A stretch of 64,000 nt of DNA from Nemertoderma westbladi (GCA_032718475.1 JAUCBJ010008410.1:1-64000); one strand, 5' to 3'; numbered from the stretch's first letter, positions 1 through 10,865 are shown. The notes: a model not told the origin generated them from the letters alone. Made by a program: numbers and translations.

Positions 1-1
1 T

Positions 2-604
2 GATGATATAAATAAACTGTTTAATTCTGAAGCGAAATATAGAGATTTCGAATTCATTTTTAATACAAATAATTCTAGAATTAAATTTAAATTTCCTAAA
101 AAGTTGAAAAAAATACAATTAAGTCTACGTGGTGATTTAATACAAATTCTAGGCTTAAAACCGTTATTGGATCGGAATCATCCGGATATTCCGAATTGGG
201 ATATATACAGTACCACTACAGTAGATGAATTAAGCAATATAGAACAGCCAATATTAATTTTAAATTATAGCGGGCCAAAAATTTCGGAAATTGGCATTTT
301 AGATTTTCCAGCTCCCACGAATATAACTCGTAATAAAGACACTATCTTTATATACACAGATATTATTAAGAGCTCATTTGTTGGCGACGCTTTAGCACCG
401 CTCTTAAGAACCTGTCCTTTAACGCAATTAAATCGAAAATATATTAATCACGAATACGAGAGCATTTGCTATTACCCGTTGTTGAATAAAAAACTAAAAA
501 CAATCTTAATTACTTTACGTGACGGCCAAGGCCAATTAATTAACTTCAGCGGAGGTCGCACTGTTATAACACTTAAGTTAATACGGGGTGGCGGTGATGG
601 ATGA
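2..604 (+). CDS. Polinton minor capsid (penton-like) protein, paralogue 1, 5' partial
   Basis: Frame is open from position 2. The C-terminal motifs IFIYTDII..SFVGDALAPLLR, YYPL and ITLRDGQGQLINFSGGRTVITLKL match Polinton minor capsid proteins. Confidence 0.8.
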   Translation, partial: DDINKLFNSEAKYRDFEFIFNTNNSRIKFKFPKKLKKIQLSLRGDLIQILGLKPLLDRNHPDIPNWDIYSTTTVDELSNIEQPILILNYSGPKISEIGILDFPAPTNITRNKDTIFIYTDIIKSSFVGDALAPLLRTCPLTQLNRKYINHEYESICYYPLLNKKLKTILITLRDGQGQLINFSGGRTVITLKLIRGGGDG

Positions 605-1442
605 GTTCTACGTTAGACTACCAAGTAATTCCTGTCCAATTGATTTTCCCCGCAATAGCGCTAGTAATTATCAGATAAATTTCCACGGCGCCTTACCTAT
701 AAATCCAAACGAAAACTGGGTGGTAGGTATAAAAAGTATATTTTACTTAGCAACGTTACCGTCCATGTATAACAATGTAGAGAATGTTATTTTATTAAAA
801 AAAGGAAAAAAAAATTTTGAGGATACACTTCCATCCGGTTTGTTCTACAGTATCAATGACATTATAGATTATTTTAACACGGGGGCATTGAAAGATAAAT
901 TACAAATAGTTGAAAATACTCAGCAAAATAGGTTGCAATTTATTTTAGGGAAAACTGTGCGAGAGTTATTTATAGGTCAACAATTAGCCTATTATTTTGG
1001 AATTACTGAAAATAATCTCGGCGCGAATTTAAATCCAAATTTTAAAATTATTTTGAAGACGAAAAATAATATAAAGGGTTATTTAATAAAGGTTATCGGA
1101 AATGGAGAAAAAGCTTACCAGATGGTATTTTTATGCCCTCAACCACCCAATTCTATTCCAGAACCTAAGTCGAACATGTACGTGACTACTAATATAATTG
1201 AAAATCAATATATTAATGACTTTGGTTTAGCTTTACTTCGTCGTGTTGCGATACCTGATGACGTGAAATATGGTAGCGTAATAAATAAAGAATTTGTCAA
1301 GGATACAATTCATTATATCCCTGTAAAAAAATCATATAAGATAACATACATTCATATTGAAATAACAGACAAAGAAGGAAAAGATTTGAATTTTGAATAC
1401 GGGACAACATCTATTACATTACACTTTAAACGTATAAATTAA
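597..1442 (+). CDS. Polinton minor capsid (penton-like) protein, paralogue 2
   Basis: N-terminal FYVRLPSNS..FPRN...WVVGI and C-terminal YIPV...IHIEITDKEG.DLNFEYGTTSITLHFKR motifs. ATG at 597 (the ORF track starts at GTG 588). Confidence 0.82.
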   Translation: MDEFYVRLPSNSCPIDFPRNSASNYQINFHGALPINPNENWVVGIKSIFYLATLPSMYNNVENVILLKKGKKNFEDTLPSGLFYSINDIIDYFNTGALKDKLQIVENTQQNRLQFILGKTVRELFIGQQLAYYFGITENNLGANLNPNFKIILKTKNNIKGYLIKVIGNGEKAYQMVFLCPQPPNSIPEPKSNMYVTTNIIENQYINDFGLALLRRVAIPDDVKYGSVINKEFVKDTIHYIPVKKSYKITYIHIEITDKEGKDLNFEYGTTSITLHFKRIN

Positions 1443-1443
1443 A

Positions 1444-2004
1444 ATGGATTCTGATTTATTTCAAAGATACAGTAAACCTCAATATGGGGGTTCAGACTCG
1501 AATCTTGCTGTTTTTAAAGGTGGTAGAAGTACCAGAGGTTCGACGCAAGTTCCTGTTTTTCGAGGTGGTTCATATATTGACCCTTACGGTCAACAAATTG
1601 GCACATTTGGTCCAAACTTAAAACAACGTCGTTTTCAGCGTTATCGTAGAGGTATGCAGGCAAATCAACACGGAGAAGGTATATTTACAGACGCCTTATC
1701 GACATTGAAAAAATTTGGTAAGCCATTAGCTAAAAAAGTTTTACAGAAAGCTTTACCATTTACCACAAAATTTATGAGACAACACGTAATACCAAAAGGT
1801 AAGCGGGTCTTACATCAGCAGGCTAATACGGTTATTAATAAAGCGTTAAATAAAATGAAACCGTCAACAAGATCGGTTGTAGAAAAAGTTTATAGAGATT
1901 TAAAGCGACCCGCTAGACCAATGTCTATGAACATACATCATCGACATAGTAAAAAGAGAAATATAAAGGGCAAACTGAAACACTGCGAAAAAAGTATTTT
2001 TTAA
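1444..2004 (+). CDS. Basic Lys/Arg-rich virion core (pVII-like) precursor protein
   Basis: Very basic protein between the minor and major capsid genes, with Gly-Gly/GxG sites (QYGG, FKGG, FRGG, QHGEG) resembling adenain cleavage sites. Confidence 0.6.
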   Translation: MDSDLFQRYSKPQYGGSDSNLAVFKGGRSTRGSTQVPVFRGGSYIDPYGQQIGTFGPNLKQRRFQRYRRGMQANQHGEGIFTDALSTLKKFGKPLAKKVLQKALPFTTKFMRQHVIPKGKRVLHQQANTVINKALNKMKPSTRSVVEKVYRDLKRPARPMSMNIHHRHSKKRNIKGKLKHCEKSIF

Positions 2005-2006
2005 TA

Positions 2007-3266
2007 ATGTCAATTATTAAGGAATTAGATTTATTTTCTACACAACCAATACAGACTGAATTTAAAGCAAAGCATTATGAAACAATTTACCCCGTATCTA
2101 ATCTCAGAAGTGAATCTAGGGAGGTCACCTTCCTTGTACCCAGATCCAATGAATTCTATACGAAACTGCAAGATGCTTTATTAATTACAAAATGTACAGT
2201 ACGCTGGGATAGGCGACTTGAAAACTCTCATATATATATGCTGAATTACCCCGCTGAAACTATGTGGAGTGATATTAAAATAGACCTTAATGAGAAGCAG
2301 GTTGAAAATAGCAATAACCATTATTTCTACAAGTCGTACTTATCCAATTTATTATTTACAACTTACGAGGATAAAAATGGGCTACTGGGTGCGGGTGGCT
2401 TTCATCAACCTTTATCTGAACACGGAAATGAAATTGACTCAGACGTGCATCCTATTGACGATGCCTTTAGTAAACAAATGCAATTTGTAAGTGGATTGAC
2501 GATTGATTTTGATACTGAAACTAAAATAATACAACCCGGGTATGATTTAAGAATGCATTTTAGAAAAGTATCAAATTCGTTTATTTTTAAAATCACTCCA
2601 AACGCAAACGCCGTGACAAATCTTCGGCTAGAATTAGATGAAATAAAGATTCTAATCCCTAGAATGGAGGTTAATCCAGTAATAGAAAGCAGTCACCTAA
2701 AAGGTTTAGAGAGCTACGATATTGAATATCAATTTCAAAAGAAAGAGGTGACAACATTTACTATTCCCGCACAAACCACAAATTACACCCAAACAAACAT
2801 ATTTGATGGTAAAAAACCCAAATTAGTTATTATCGGCTTCATAACAAATAACTCTTATTCGGGAGAATTAATTAGCAATCCCTTGAAATTTGAACATTTT
2901 AACCTTAGACGTGCGGAACTGATTGTAGACGGTCTTCCAGTAGGGGGTGTAATATACGAGCCTAATTTTACAGATGGAACATATATTTTTGAGTATACTC
3001 AATTAATGAAAAACATTAATACATATATTAACGGTTATGGAGGTAATAATATAGACCATGAAACCTACTTAGGTAATTGCCCCCTCCTATCCTGGGACCT
3101 AACCGCCGACGGGTATGTTAGAGATCCGCAACCGTCGATATATACTAACGGCAAATTAAAATTAAGATTTGCCGAACCGTTGGTTGAAACCATAAATGTA
3201 ATCGTTTTTAATATTTATGATCAATCATTAAGTTTAAATAGCAGGAAAGAAATACATATCGATTAA
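2007..3266 (+). CDS. Polinton major capsid protein (double jelly-roll)
   Basis: 419 aa. N-terminus ELDLFSTQPIQT...IYPV...VTFLVP and later NPLKFEHFNL, WDLT.D and LKLRFAEPL motifs are typical of Polinton MCP. Confidence 0.9.
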   Translation: MSIIKELDLFSTQPIQTEFKAKHYETIYPVSNLRSESREVTFLVPRSNEFYTKLQDALLITKCTVRWDRRLENSHIYMLNYPAETMWSDIKIDLNEKQVENSNNHYFYKSYLSNLLFTTYEDKNGLLGAGGFHQPLSEHGNEIDSDVHPIDDAFSKQMQFVSGLTIDFDTETKIIQPGYDLRMHFRKVSNSFIFKITPNANAVTNLRLELDEIKILIPRMEVNPVIESSHLKGLESYDIEYQFQKKEVTTFTIPAQTTNYTQTNIFDGKKPKLVIIGFITNNSYSGELISNPLKFEHFNLRRAELIVDGLPVGGVIYEPNFTDGTYIFEYTQLMKNINTYINGYGGNNIDHETYLGNCPLLSWDLTADGYVRDPQPSIYTNGKLKLRFAEPLVETINVIVFNIYDQSLSLNSRKEIHID

Positions 3267-3268
3267 GT

Positions 3269-3724
3269 ATGTTATCTACAGAGGACCTTGATATGTTTCC
3301 AGTGGGCGGTCACTATTTGGGAGCGTTTCCAGCTAACAAATTACCTAAATTAGATAATAATAATAAGCGGCGGGATTATGGGTTAATAGTAAATACCGAT
3401 AAAGAGCATCTGCCCGGGATTCATTGGATCGGGATATATATACGAGATAATGAGGCCGAAGTATTTGACTCGTTTGGACCAAAATATCCAAACAGATGCA
3501 TCGAAAAATGGCTTGAGAAAAATTCCGCGAGGTGGCGTACTACACGCAAACAATTTCAAGACCCCCGGAGGACCACATGCGGTCTGTACTGTCTTTATTA
3601 TTTGGTAAATCGTATTCACACAATCTATCCAATGAGTGCGTTTACAAATAATGTGGAAATAAATGAAATTATATTATATAAATGGCTTGTTAATTATTAT
3701 AAATTAAACCAACAAACTTTGTAA
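3269..3724 (+). CDS. Adenain/Ulp1-like cysteine maturation protease
   Basis: IVNTD...PGIHW, FDSFG and Q.....TCGLYCLYYL supply the catalytic His/Asp/Gln/Cys. Confidence 0.92.
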   Translation: MLSTEDLDMFPVGGHYLGAFPANKLPKLDNNNKRRDYGLIVNTDKEHLPGIHWIGIYIRDNEAEVFDSFGPKYPNRCIEKWLEKNSARWRTTRKQFQDPRRTTCGLYCLYYLVNRIHTIYPMSAFTNNVEINEIILYKWLVNYYKLNQQTL

Positions 3725-3755
3725 TTAATTATTTAACTTTTGTTTATCAGATAAA

Positions 3756-4355
3756 ATGGATAATATTACTTTTGTTGATTTTCAATATTATAAGATAGAC
3801 AATAAAGAGTATCCGGTAGTATTTAAAGAATTTGCTATTTTCGATTCTAATTACACCAAAACTAATATAAAGACGTTTTTAATTAAAGGCCCTCCTAATA
3901 TTAAATTATCAGCATTAGATGCAGCCCACGTAAACAATTTACGGGATATGGCTTCTCACTTGCCCTGGAACTATGGAGACATTTCGCAAGACGACTTTAA
4001 AAAATATATGAAGAGATATTTAAAATATAAAAAAAATATTCATGTATTTGGGTTGATGAAGCGGGCAATATTAGTTTCCCAACTCGATGTTCTCGAGCCA
4101 AATTCGGTGGAGAAATTGGGAATATATAAGCAATATCATGATTATTTAACCCCTTGTCGATTTCACGACCGATTCACTACAGTGGAAAGTAAATGCACGT
4201 TCCACTTAAACATAAGGGATAACTGTCTGCGATACTGCTCAGCAAAACGCGTTGGGGGGTTTGAGGCTCTACACTTTTTCATGAGAAAGCGTTTAACTGC
4301 GACTGATGATGATGATAAACAGAAAGAAATAACTGCGGTGGAAGATGTACTGTAG
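3756..4355 (+). CDS. DEDD-type (Maelstrom-like) RNase H-fold nuclease-like protein
   Basis: FVDFQ...FKEFAI, LPWNYGDI and IHVFGLMKR motifs with a C-terminal C..H......C cluster. Confidence 0.55.
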   Translation: MDNITFVDFQYYKIDNKEYPVVFKEFAIFDSNYTKTNIKTFLIKGPPNIKLSALDAAHVNNLRDMASHLPWNYGDISQDDFKKYMKRYLKYKKNIHVFGLMKRAILVSQLDVLEPNSVEKLGIYKQYHDYLTPCRFHDRFTTVESKCTFHLNIRDNCLRYCSAKRVGGFEALHFFMRKRLTATDDDDKQKEITAVEDVL

Positions 4356-4682
4356 GTTTACTCTAAGCATGTAATGTGATGGGATAATATAATTTTATTT
4401 TGGTGATGATCTTGATGTTAATATAAAAATATAATAAAATATAATTTTTTTTACAACAAGTTCTCTAAAAGAGTCAATCGCGGTAGGTTAACCATGCACA
4501 TTTAACAATATGACGTAGACGTAACATGTACAGTAAGTATTCTCGATATCGTTCTAATATAGATATACTGGTATTGCGAAACATCCTATACATCGCAAAC
4601 TAATAACACATACAGTAGTTGACTAGTAATATTAGTCAGAAATGCAACATAAATTGTATAGGATGTAGTGTTAACCTGTTGG

Positions 4683-5670
4683 TACCGGTACTGATAAATT
4701 CAATAATTTATTATAAGCCTAACCACAACTGTCATCCGCTTTATCAGTACCGGTAGTGTTTTACTCTTCCAACACTGTAGTCACAGTCTACTGGTATCAG
4801 TACAGCAGTAATCTGAAGCAATAGCATACTGCTGTCATGATCTGGATTACACGCAGGAGTCTCTCATATAGGGATTAGATCACCTATCCAAACAATACAG
4901 TACTGCAGTACTGTCGTTGTTCTTGATGTAACAGCATAATCAGATAGAGCATACTGATTTCCTTTGATTAGCATTGTACCGCAGTACCAGTACTACAGTA
5001 TTAATGTAACAGTACCCGCAGTAACAAACTAGGCTAATGTATACAATATCGTGAGTCAGTTACAATCAGATGTGTACGCAGTCAGCCACTCCTATCCACA
5101 ACTGTCATCCATTTTATCAGTACAGCAGTAATCTGATGTAATAACATTTGTTTTTTTTTTCAACTATAAGGATACTGCTGTCTACCCGAACCTTGATTAG
5201 CATACTGCTGTCATAACCTAGAAGGGACGCGTAGCTCTCACATATAGGGATTAGATCACCTACCCAAACAATACAGTACTGCAGTACTGTCGCTGTTCTT
5301 GATGTAACAGTATAGTCAGATAGAGCATGCTGATTTCCTTTAATTAGCATTGTACTGCAGTACGGTACCGGTACCACAGTATTAATGTAACAGTACCCGT
5401 AGTAACAAACTGAGTCAATGTATACTTTATCGTGAGCCAGTTACAATCGGATGTGCGCGCAGTCAGCCATACTGCTGGGAAACGGTCCACCTTGCAGCCG
5501 TCTAGCCACCCTCACAGTCAGCCTCGCGGCACGCAGTCAGCCTCGCAGTCAGCCTCGCGGCATGCAGTCAGCCTCGCAACCAGCCTCGCAGCACGCAGTC
5601 AGCCTCGTGGTCGGTCATGTAGTCAGCCTCGCGGCACGCAGCCAGCCATGCAGCTAGACACGCAGTCAAC
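4683..5670. repeat. Non-coding palindrome/direct-repeat block between convergent gene modules
   Basis: 16-bp perfect inverted repeat at 4683-4698/4740-4755. Two diverged ~300-350 bp direct repeats (about 4795-5088 and 5115-5469), each with the 18-bp palindrome ACAGTACTGCAGTACTGT. About 7 copies of CAGTCAGCCTCG at 5515-5631. Confidence 0.85.
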
Positions 5671-5763
5671 CCGTGAGAGTCATGCTTATTCAAACGAGGT
5701 TAGTTTTCCCTAACTACCGATTGATTGATTGATTGAAAAATAATAATGTTTAATTTTCACCTT

Positions 5764-6309
5764 CTAATCACCAACACCTAAAGTCACAACACCAAACATT
5801 AATAAATAATTAACAAGTTTACTAAATATAGGGTAATAAATGTGAAATTTGCTAGGTGAACACATTAAAGTACATTTACCGGTATGAAAGCAGCAAATGA
5901 CTACAGTATTATTTATTCTTATTTTGCAATTATTAAAAATTTCAGGTTCATATATAACTTGAAGTTGCACATTATCAAAGACAACATAAAACCCTGTATT
6001 GTTTATCAATAACCTATAGACTACAGACTTAATACTAAAAATATAAGTACATAAATTAACAGATTTTAAAATCAAATTAATACTAGTTTTATCAAATATA
6101 TGTTTTTTTACTTTTTGGAAATTATACTTACTGCCTAATAATGTAATACGACCATTTTTAAATATTAATAATGTGGCACCAAATATCTTATATATAAACT
6201 GATTTGGTTTGAGTATGTGTTTACCAGATAATTGATTTTTTAATTCTTTCAAATTAATTGCTGACACTTGCTGGCAACTTACATTCTTATTGACTATCTG
6301 ATAGTTCAT
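5764..6309 (-). CDS. TATA-box-binding-protein (TBP)-like protein, copy 1
   Basis: Two TBP repeats, ATLLIFKNGRITLLGSK and YEPEIF...VVICCFHTGKCTL, compare well with TBP TALIFSSGKMVCTGAK and YEPELF...VLLIFVSGKVVL. At 181 aa it is the size of the TBP core. Confidence 0.82.
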   Translation of the reverse strand: MNYQIVNKNVSCQQVSAINLKELKNQLSGKHILKPNQFIYKIFGATLLIFKNGRITLLGSKYNFQKVKKHIFDKTSINLILKSVNLCTYIFSIKSVVYRLLINNTGFYVVFDNVQLQVIYEPEIFNNCKIRINNTVVICCFHTGKCTLMCSPSKFHIYYPIFSKLVNYLLMFGVVTLGVGD

Positions 6310-9300
6310 TGTTTGGTTCCTGATAAATTGGTATATTGTTTTTTTTCATAGGTTTTTCGACCTTTGTTTGATAGTGACCCCAGGGAAGCGAATGATTTTT
6401 ATTAACCCAATAAAGTTTATCATCAAATGCGCTGAGAGCAAACTTATCTCGTGCTATAGTATACACTTTGTGTAATTTACTTTGAAATTGATGTGTTTCC
6501 TTGGAAATTTCTTCGTTATCGTAATATGCCCTCAAATAATCTTCGTGACAAATATTTTTATCCACGACAGCTCTTGTTATTCCTTTTGCCCGTCGTATAT
6601 TGGAATCATTCCATTCTAAAATTGAATATAATTTTGGTCTTAAAAATACCGCTTGTTTAATCTCTCGTGAGGCTAGTTCGTCTTTACAGTAATAGAGCCT
6701 GGATTTATTTTTATCGCTGTAGAGAGGGTGATCCTTGGGGTAATTGGATGTATCTAGAATATTATTTTTAATTAAGGCTTTTAAAAAATTATTCTGCGAT
6801 GTATTATAGTAACAACCTATTAAAGAGTCCGTGTCTGATGCTACAATTTCAATTCGGCAGTTTAATTCTTTCTCAATAGGTAGCAATTTATCGTAATACA
6901 GCTGATACATATCCAATTTAGCCAAGTCCAAGACAGTACTACCTATATAGACCGGCTTATCGAGAGTTACAGAGTCTTTTACTAATAAATGTCCCGATAA
7001 GGAATCGTTATAAATCATGAAATTTTCATGATTTATTCGTTTGACTAATTGGTCACATTTTTCTTTACTATTAGCGATACGAAAGTTGCATCGGTCCCTT
7101 ATCTTCTCTATCGTTTTTCCAAATAAAGAATTGTTCAGCAATTTCGCGACAGCTGTTTAAATATAACTTTTTGCTAGCCGCCTTTGATTAATATTAAAAT
7201 CTATATAGGGTTTAAATACAAAGTCTTGATGGAAAGAATATAATTTATGGAGCTTAGTAACAATTAAACCTTGTTTTATATAAAATTTTAACAGTTTTAA
7301 ATTTACATGATAGAATTCTTTATCGAATTGTGTCAACATAAGTTTCGGTGCACACATCTTATACTTGCTATTAGTGCCTCTTTGTTTACAAACATTGTTA
7401 AATTGTTCCCTCATATAAGGTGAAAGCATTGTCTCATTTATACTTAAATGTTCTGGAGCTAAGGGTAGTTCTAATGTACGATCGTGAATATCTTTGGGAT
7501 ATTTCAAATCGCAAATTAAGAAAAACCCAATATCACCTTCAGTATCAAGATTTGTTAAATATTTTATCAGTTCTTCTGGAGCAGCATTCTCTAAATATGT
7601 AACGTTGACTTGTTCAAAACCTGAAACAGGTAGCTTTTTACTTAAATTACCAGAATACAAGGAATTAAAATCTATATTGAAAATATGACACTCTTCCTTG
7701 CTTGGATCATAATTATCAGTATCTGGTATATTTGATTCTATGTAATGCTTTCGACAGAATGAAACCCCTCCTCTAATAGATGCTTCAAAATCTCTATATG
7801 TTTGGTAATCTTTTATTAATGTTAACTTACATTTATTGTATTTCAGGGCGCAATCATAAGTGAAAGCTGCGATACTGCAATAATAAACTACTTCTAATTC
7901 GTAGTTTTGTCTACACACTCTCCTAAAGTTCTCAAATATATCAGCGAGGAGACAAACATCGAGTTTTAAGTATGCTAAAAGATAATCCTTGAGATTCACA
8001 CAGTCAAACTGACTCCATGATGCGTTGGCAAAACTATATTCCTCGGGTGTACAGGTATTTTGTGTTAATTTACTATAAAATTTGTCTATTGATGGTAATT
8101 TCGAATCATTGAATTTATTTAAATCTGTCAGATACTCGTAGGGAAATATACCTTTTCGTTTAATTGTTGCATTATTTAAATTTGGATAAAAATATTTCAT
8201 TTGCTGTTCAGTAATTGGTAGAACTGATGTTATATCCTCGCTGTCTATATCCTTTGTTGAACAATCAACTAAAGTACTTAGGGAAAAGGATAAAAATTGA
8301 TATGTGTCTAAGACACGTAGCTCGATCTTAGTTTTTTCATCTTTCACTGGTATATGCATGCTTAGTGAAATATACCTTTCAGAATTTTTAGGGATTACCT
8401 TTATATCCCAATCGGAATATTTATTATTGCTAAAACCAACTTGCAAAAGAAAATGCAAATCGTAGAGATTGCAGTTGTGTGCAGCGAGTATATACATGTG
8501 TCATTTCAACGATAAAGAGCGGTTACATGCGTTACAAGCGGCCGCTATATAGTTACCAGTAATATGTGAGTGATGTTTGTTTTTCTCAGACTTATCCTTA
8601 AATAAAACATTGCAATAAAAGCAAGTTTTAGCTTTCCAAAAACTTAACTTATCTGCATCATTAAGTATCATTCTCTCTCTTGTGTGGTCTTCCGACCACT
8701 TATATAATTGGGTGATGTCATTATATACAGAGTCTAAAAAGTCTTGAATACAGTTGTTGTCGATTGTTTTTGTAAAGGTCTTCAAATAAAATTTTGGTGG
8801 ATTGATTAATTCGGCACTAGGAACAATTAAATAACTTACAGCGCATGGAATATGATTCTGAATAAATTTACTGTTGGTGGCTGGCTCCAAAATAGATTCT
8901 ATGTCAAAATATATTACAAACAATGCTGGTAATGTTCTGTCTAAATTTCTAAAGCTAATGTGAGTTCTTTTTTCAGATGGTAGCTTCTCAACTTGACTTT
9001 TTCCTCGATAACAAACAAGACGGTGACGTTCTAGAACATCATTGGTGTAGAAAGGCGCCAAACACCGTTCACAATATTTCCTACCACGAGTATGAAGAGC
9101 TCTCGTATTCATCAAACGATTCAAGTTAGTTATGCAAACATAATGTGATTGTTTACTCGTATTCTTATTTTTTACAAGTAATATATTCAATAACTCTTTA
9201 TCTGGAGTGATTTTACTAAATGGTGCCTGTCTTAATATAGATACTCGATTGTTGTTGTAGAGTAATAAATTAATTATATATGCTGAATTCTGTTTTTCAA

Positions 9301-10309
9301 AAAGTTTAATTGCAAGCTGCCATTCTGTTGGATAATCTTTGTTCCCGTTGTCAAAAATAAAATGACACATATAATTTTTGTACTGCGAAGTACAATATTT
9401 GTTGTTCTTCACTTTGCTACTAAATTTTGTAGCTATAATTGCCCATTTAAAACAATCATTATCAGCCGTTTGTATATTTATAACACATTTTTTAACTGAT
9501 AGAGCCTTAGGTAACTCCATATAACCGTGTCCCTTATATAGTAACGACCTACACTTGGATTCAGCTACTTTAATTTCAACCCTTAATAAAGATTTAACAC
9601 GCCACCCTGAGCCACGAGTGTTAAACATGGCTATTTTTTGCATTAATTTTTCTAATACATACTCAAACCATGTGTCAAAACTTTCATGTGAATCTACGGT
9701 ATTAACTGCACCACCTGAAGAACTAAAATAGAAAGCTTCTTCTTGATCACCCTCTGAAAAATGTGATCGATACATGAGTATATTCACACCTAGCCAGGGT
9801 CTAAGTACATTCATTTCGCTAAGTTTTCCTAATAATAAAGTTTGGATGTGAGGTAGAATTTTAATTAATGATGAATGAATATCAGGAAAATCTTCATCAT
9901 TTGGAAGATTGTAAACATAGATTTCTAAACGGTTATCGTGTGCGGCTTGTTCGATGTTAAAAATTGATGAACCTTGACCAGATTTCAGTCTTTTTCTAGA
10001 TACGATAGTATTGTTTTGGTTCCGTTGTGGTGGTGGTCTAACATGATAATAACGTTGGTGACAGTCGTGACGTAAGTAATTCTCATATAAATACTCTTTA
10101 TTACAAGTAGGGCAAGTTTTTTCATACACGCAAAACTTCATTTCTTTACATCCTGTAGTTGTTTCATGTCGTTTACATATTTCTTCACGTGAACATTTCA
10201 CTCGACAATTAAAACAATTGTATTCTTCAAAATGAGATTTCACATGTGTTAAATAATTTCGTTTAGAAATTTGATGAGGACAAAATGGACATTTCAATTG
10301 TTTATCCAT
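6287..10309 (-). pseudogene. Protein-primed family B DNA polymerase (pPolB), copy 1; 1340 codons with two in-frame stops
   Basis: The three ORFs are in one frame, joined by LK*HMY (TGA 8501-8503) and SYI*TAVAKLLNNSLFGK (TAA 7157-7159). Motifs: GSGW, DNDCFKWA, FDIES, HN...YDLHF, KGIFPYEY, DFNSLY, SDTDS. Confidence 0.93.
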
Positions 10310-10865
10310 CTCTTTATTATCCTAAAAACAATTTAAAATTAATATGAATATTGTTATATATATAATCAAAAAAATTCATAAGCTACTCAACACAAATAAA
10401 ATATAATATCTAAACTTTAATTAATTTAATATTTTCAGAATGAGCTCGAATGAATCAGTTGAGCTCTTTATATATATATATATTTCAAGTTTCTACTTAT
10501 ACCAACCAATCATAAATAACAGTTACATTGGAAACTAATATCATAAATAAAGTTGCTTTTACAACTGAATTCTTTATAATAAAATCAAGTCTAAACCAAG
10601 ATGTGTATAATGCGTTTTTAATTTTCATTGATAAAGTAGGTTTTACATGCAAATGTTTTATTATGGTGGTGTAAACTCATGCATTTACATGCGAATGTTT
10701 TATACCTAATCCCGTGCTCACATTAAATATAAACTATCACCAATATTTACTCAATAAAGTCACCTTTACATGCAAATACTTTATAATAATCACACTTTGT
10801 GATAAAAAGTTACCTTTACAAGTCAGTGTGAAACTGAAAAAGAAAAGTCTCTAGTTAATAATAAA

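Noticed and set aside
5432-5713. SQPRG-repeat ORF (with its duplicate 11621-11902 and the overlapping 5117-5377 and 5451-5657 ORFs)
   Set aside because: Non-ATG starts and an in-frame stop just upstream. The openness is explained by the GC-rich 12/19-bp DNA repeat.
6287-10309. Three separate genes or an alternative genetic code for PolB
   Set aside because: All parts are in one frame with contiguous motifs, and TAA and TGA both act as normal stops in neighbouring viral genes.
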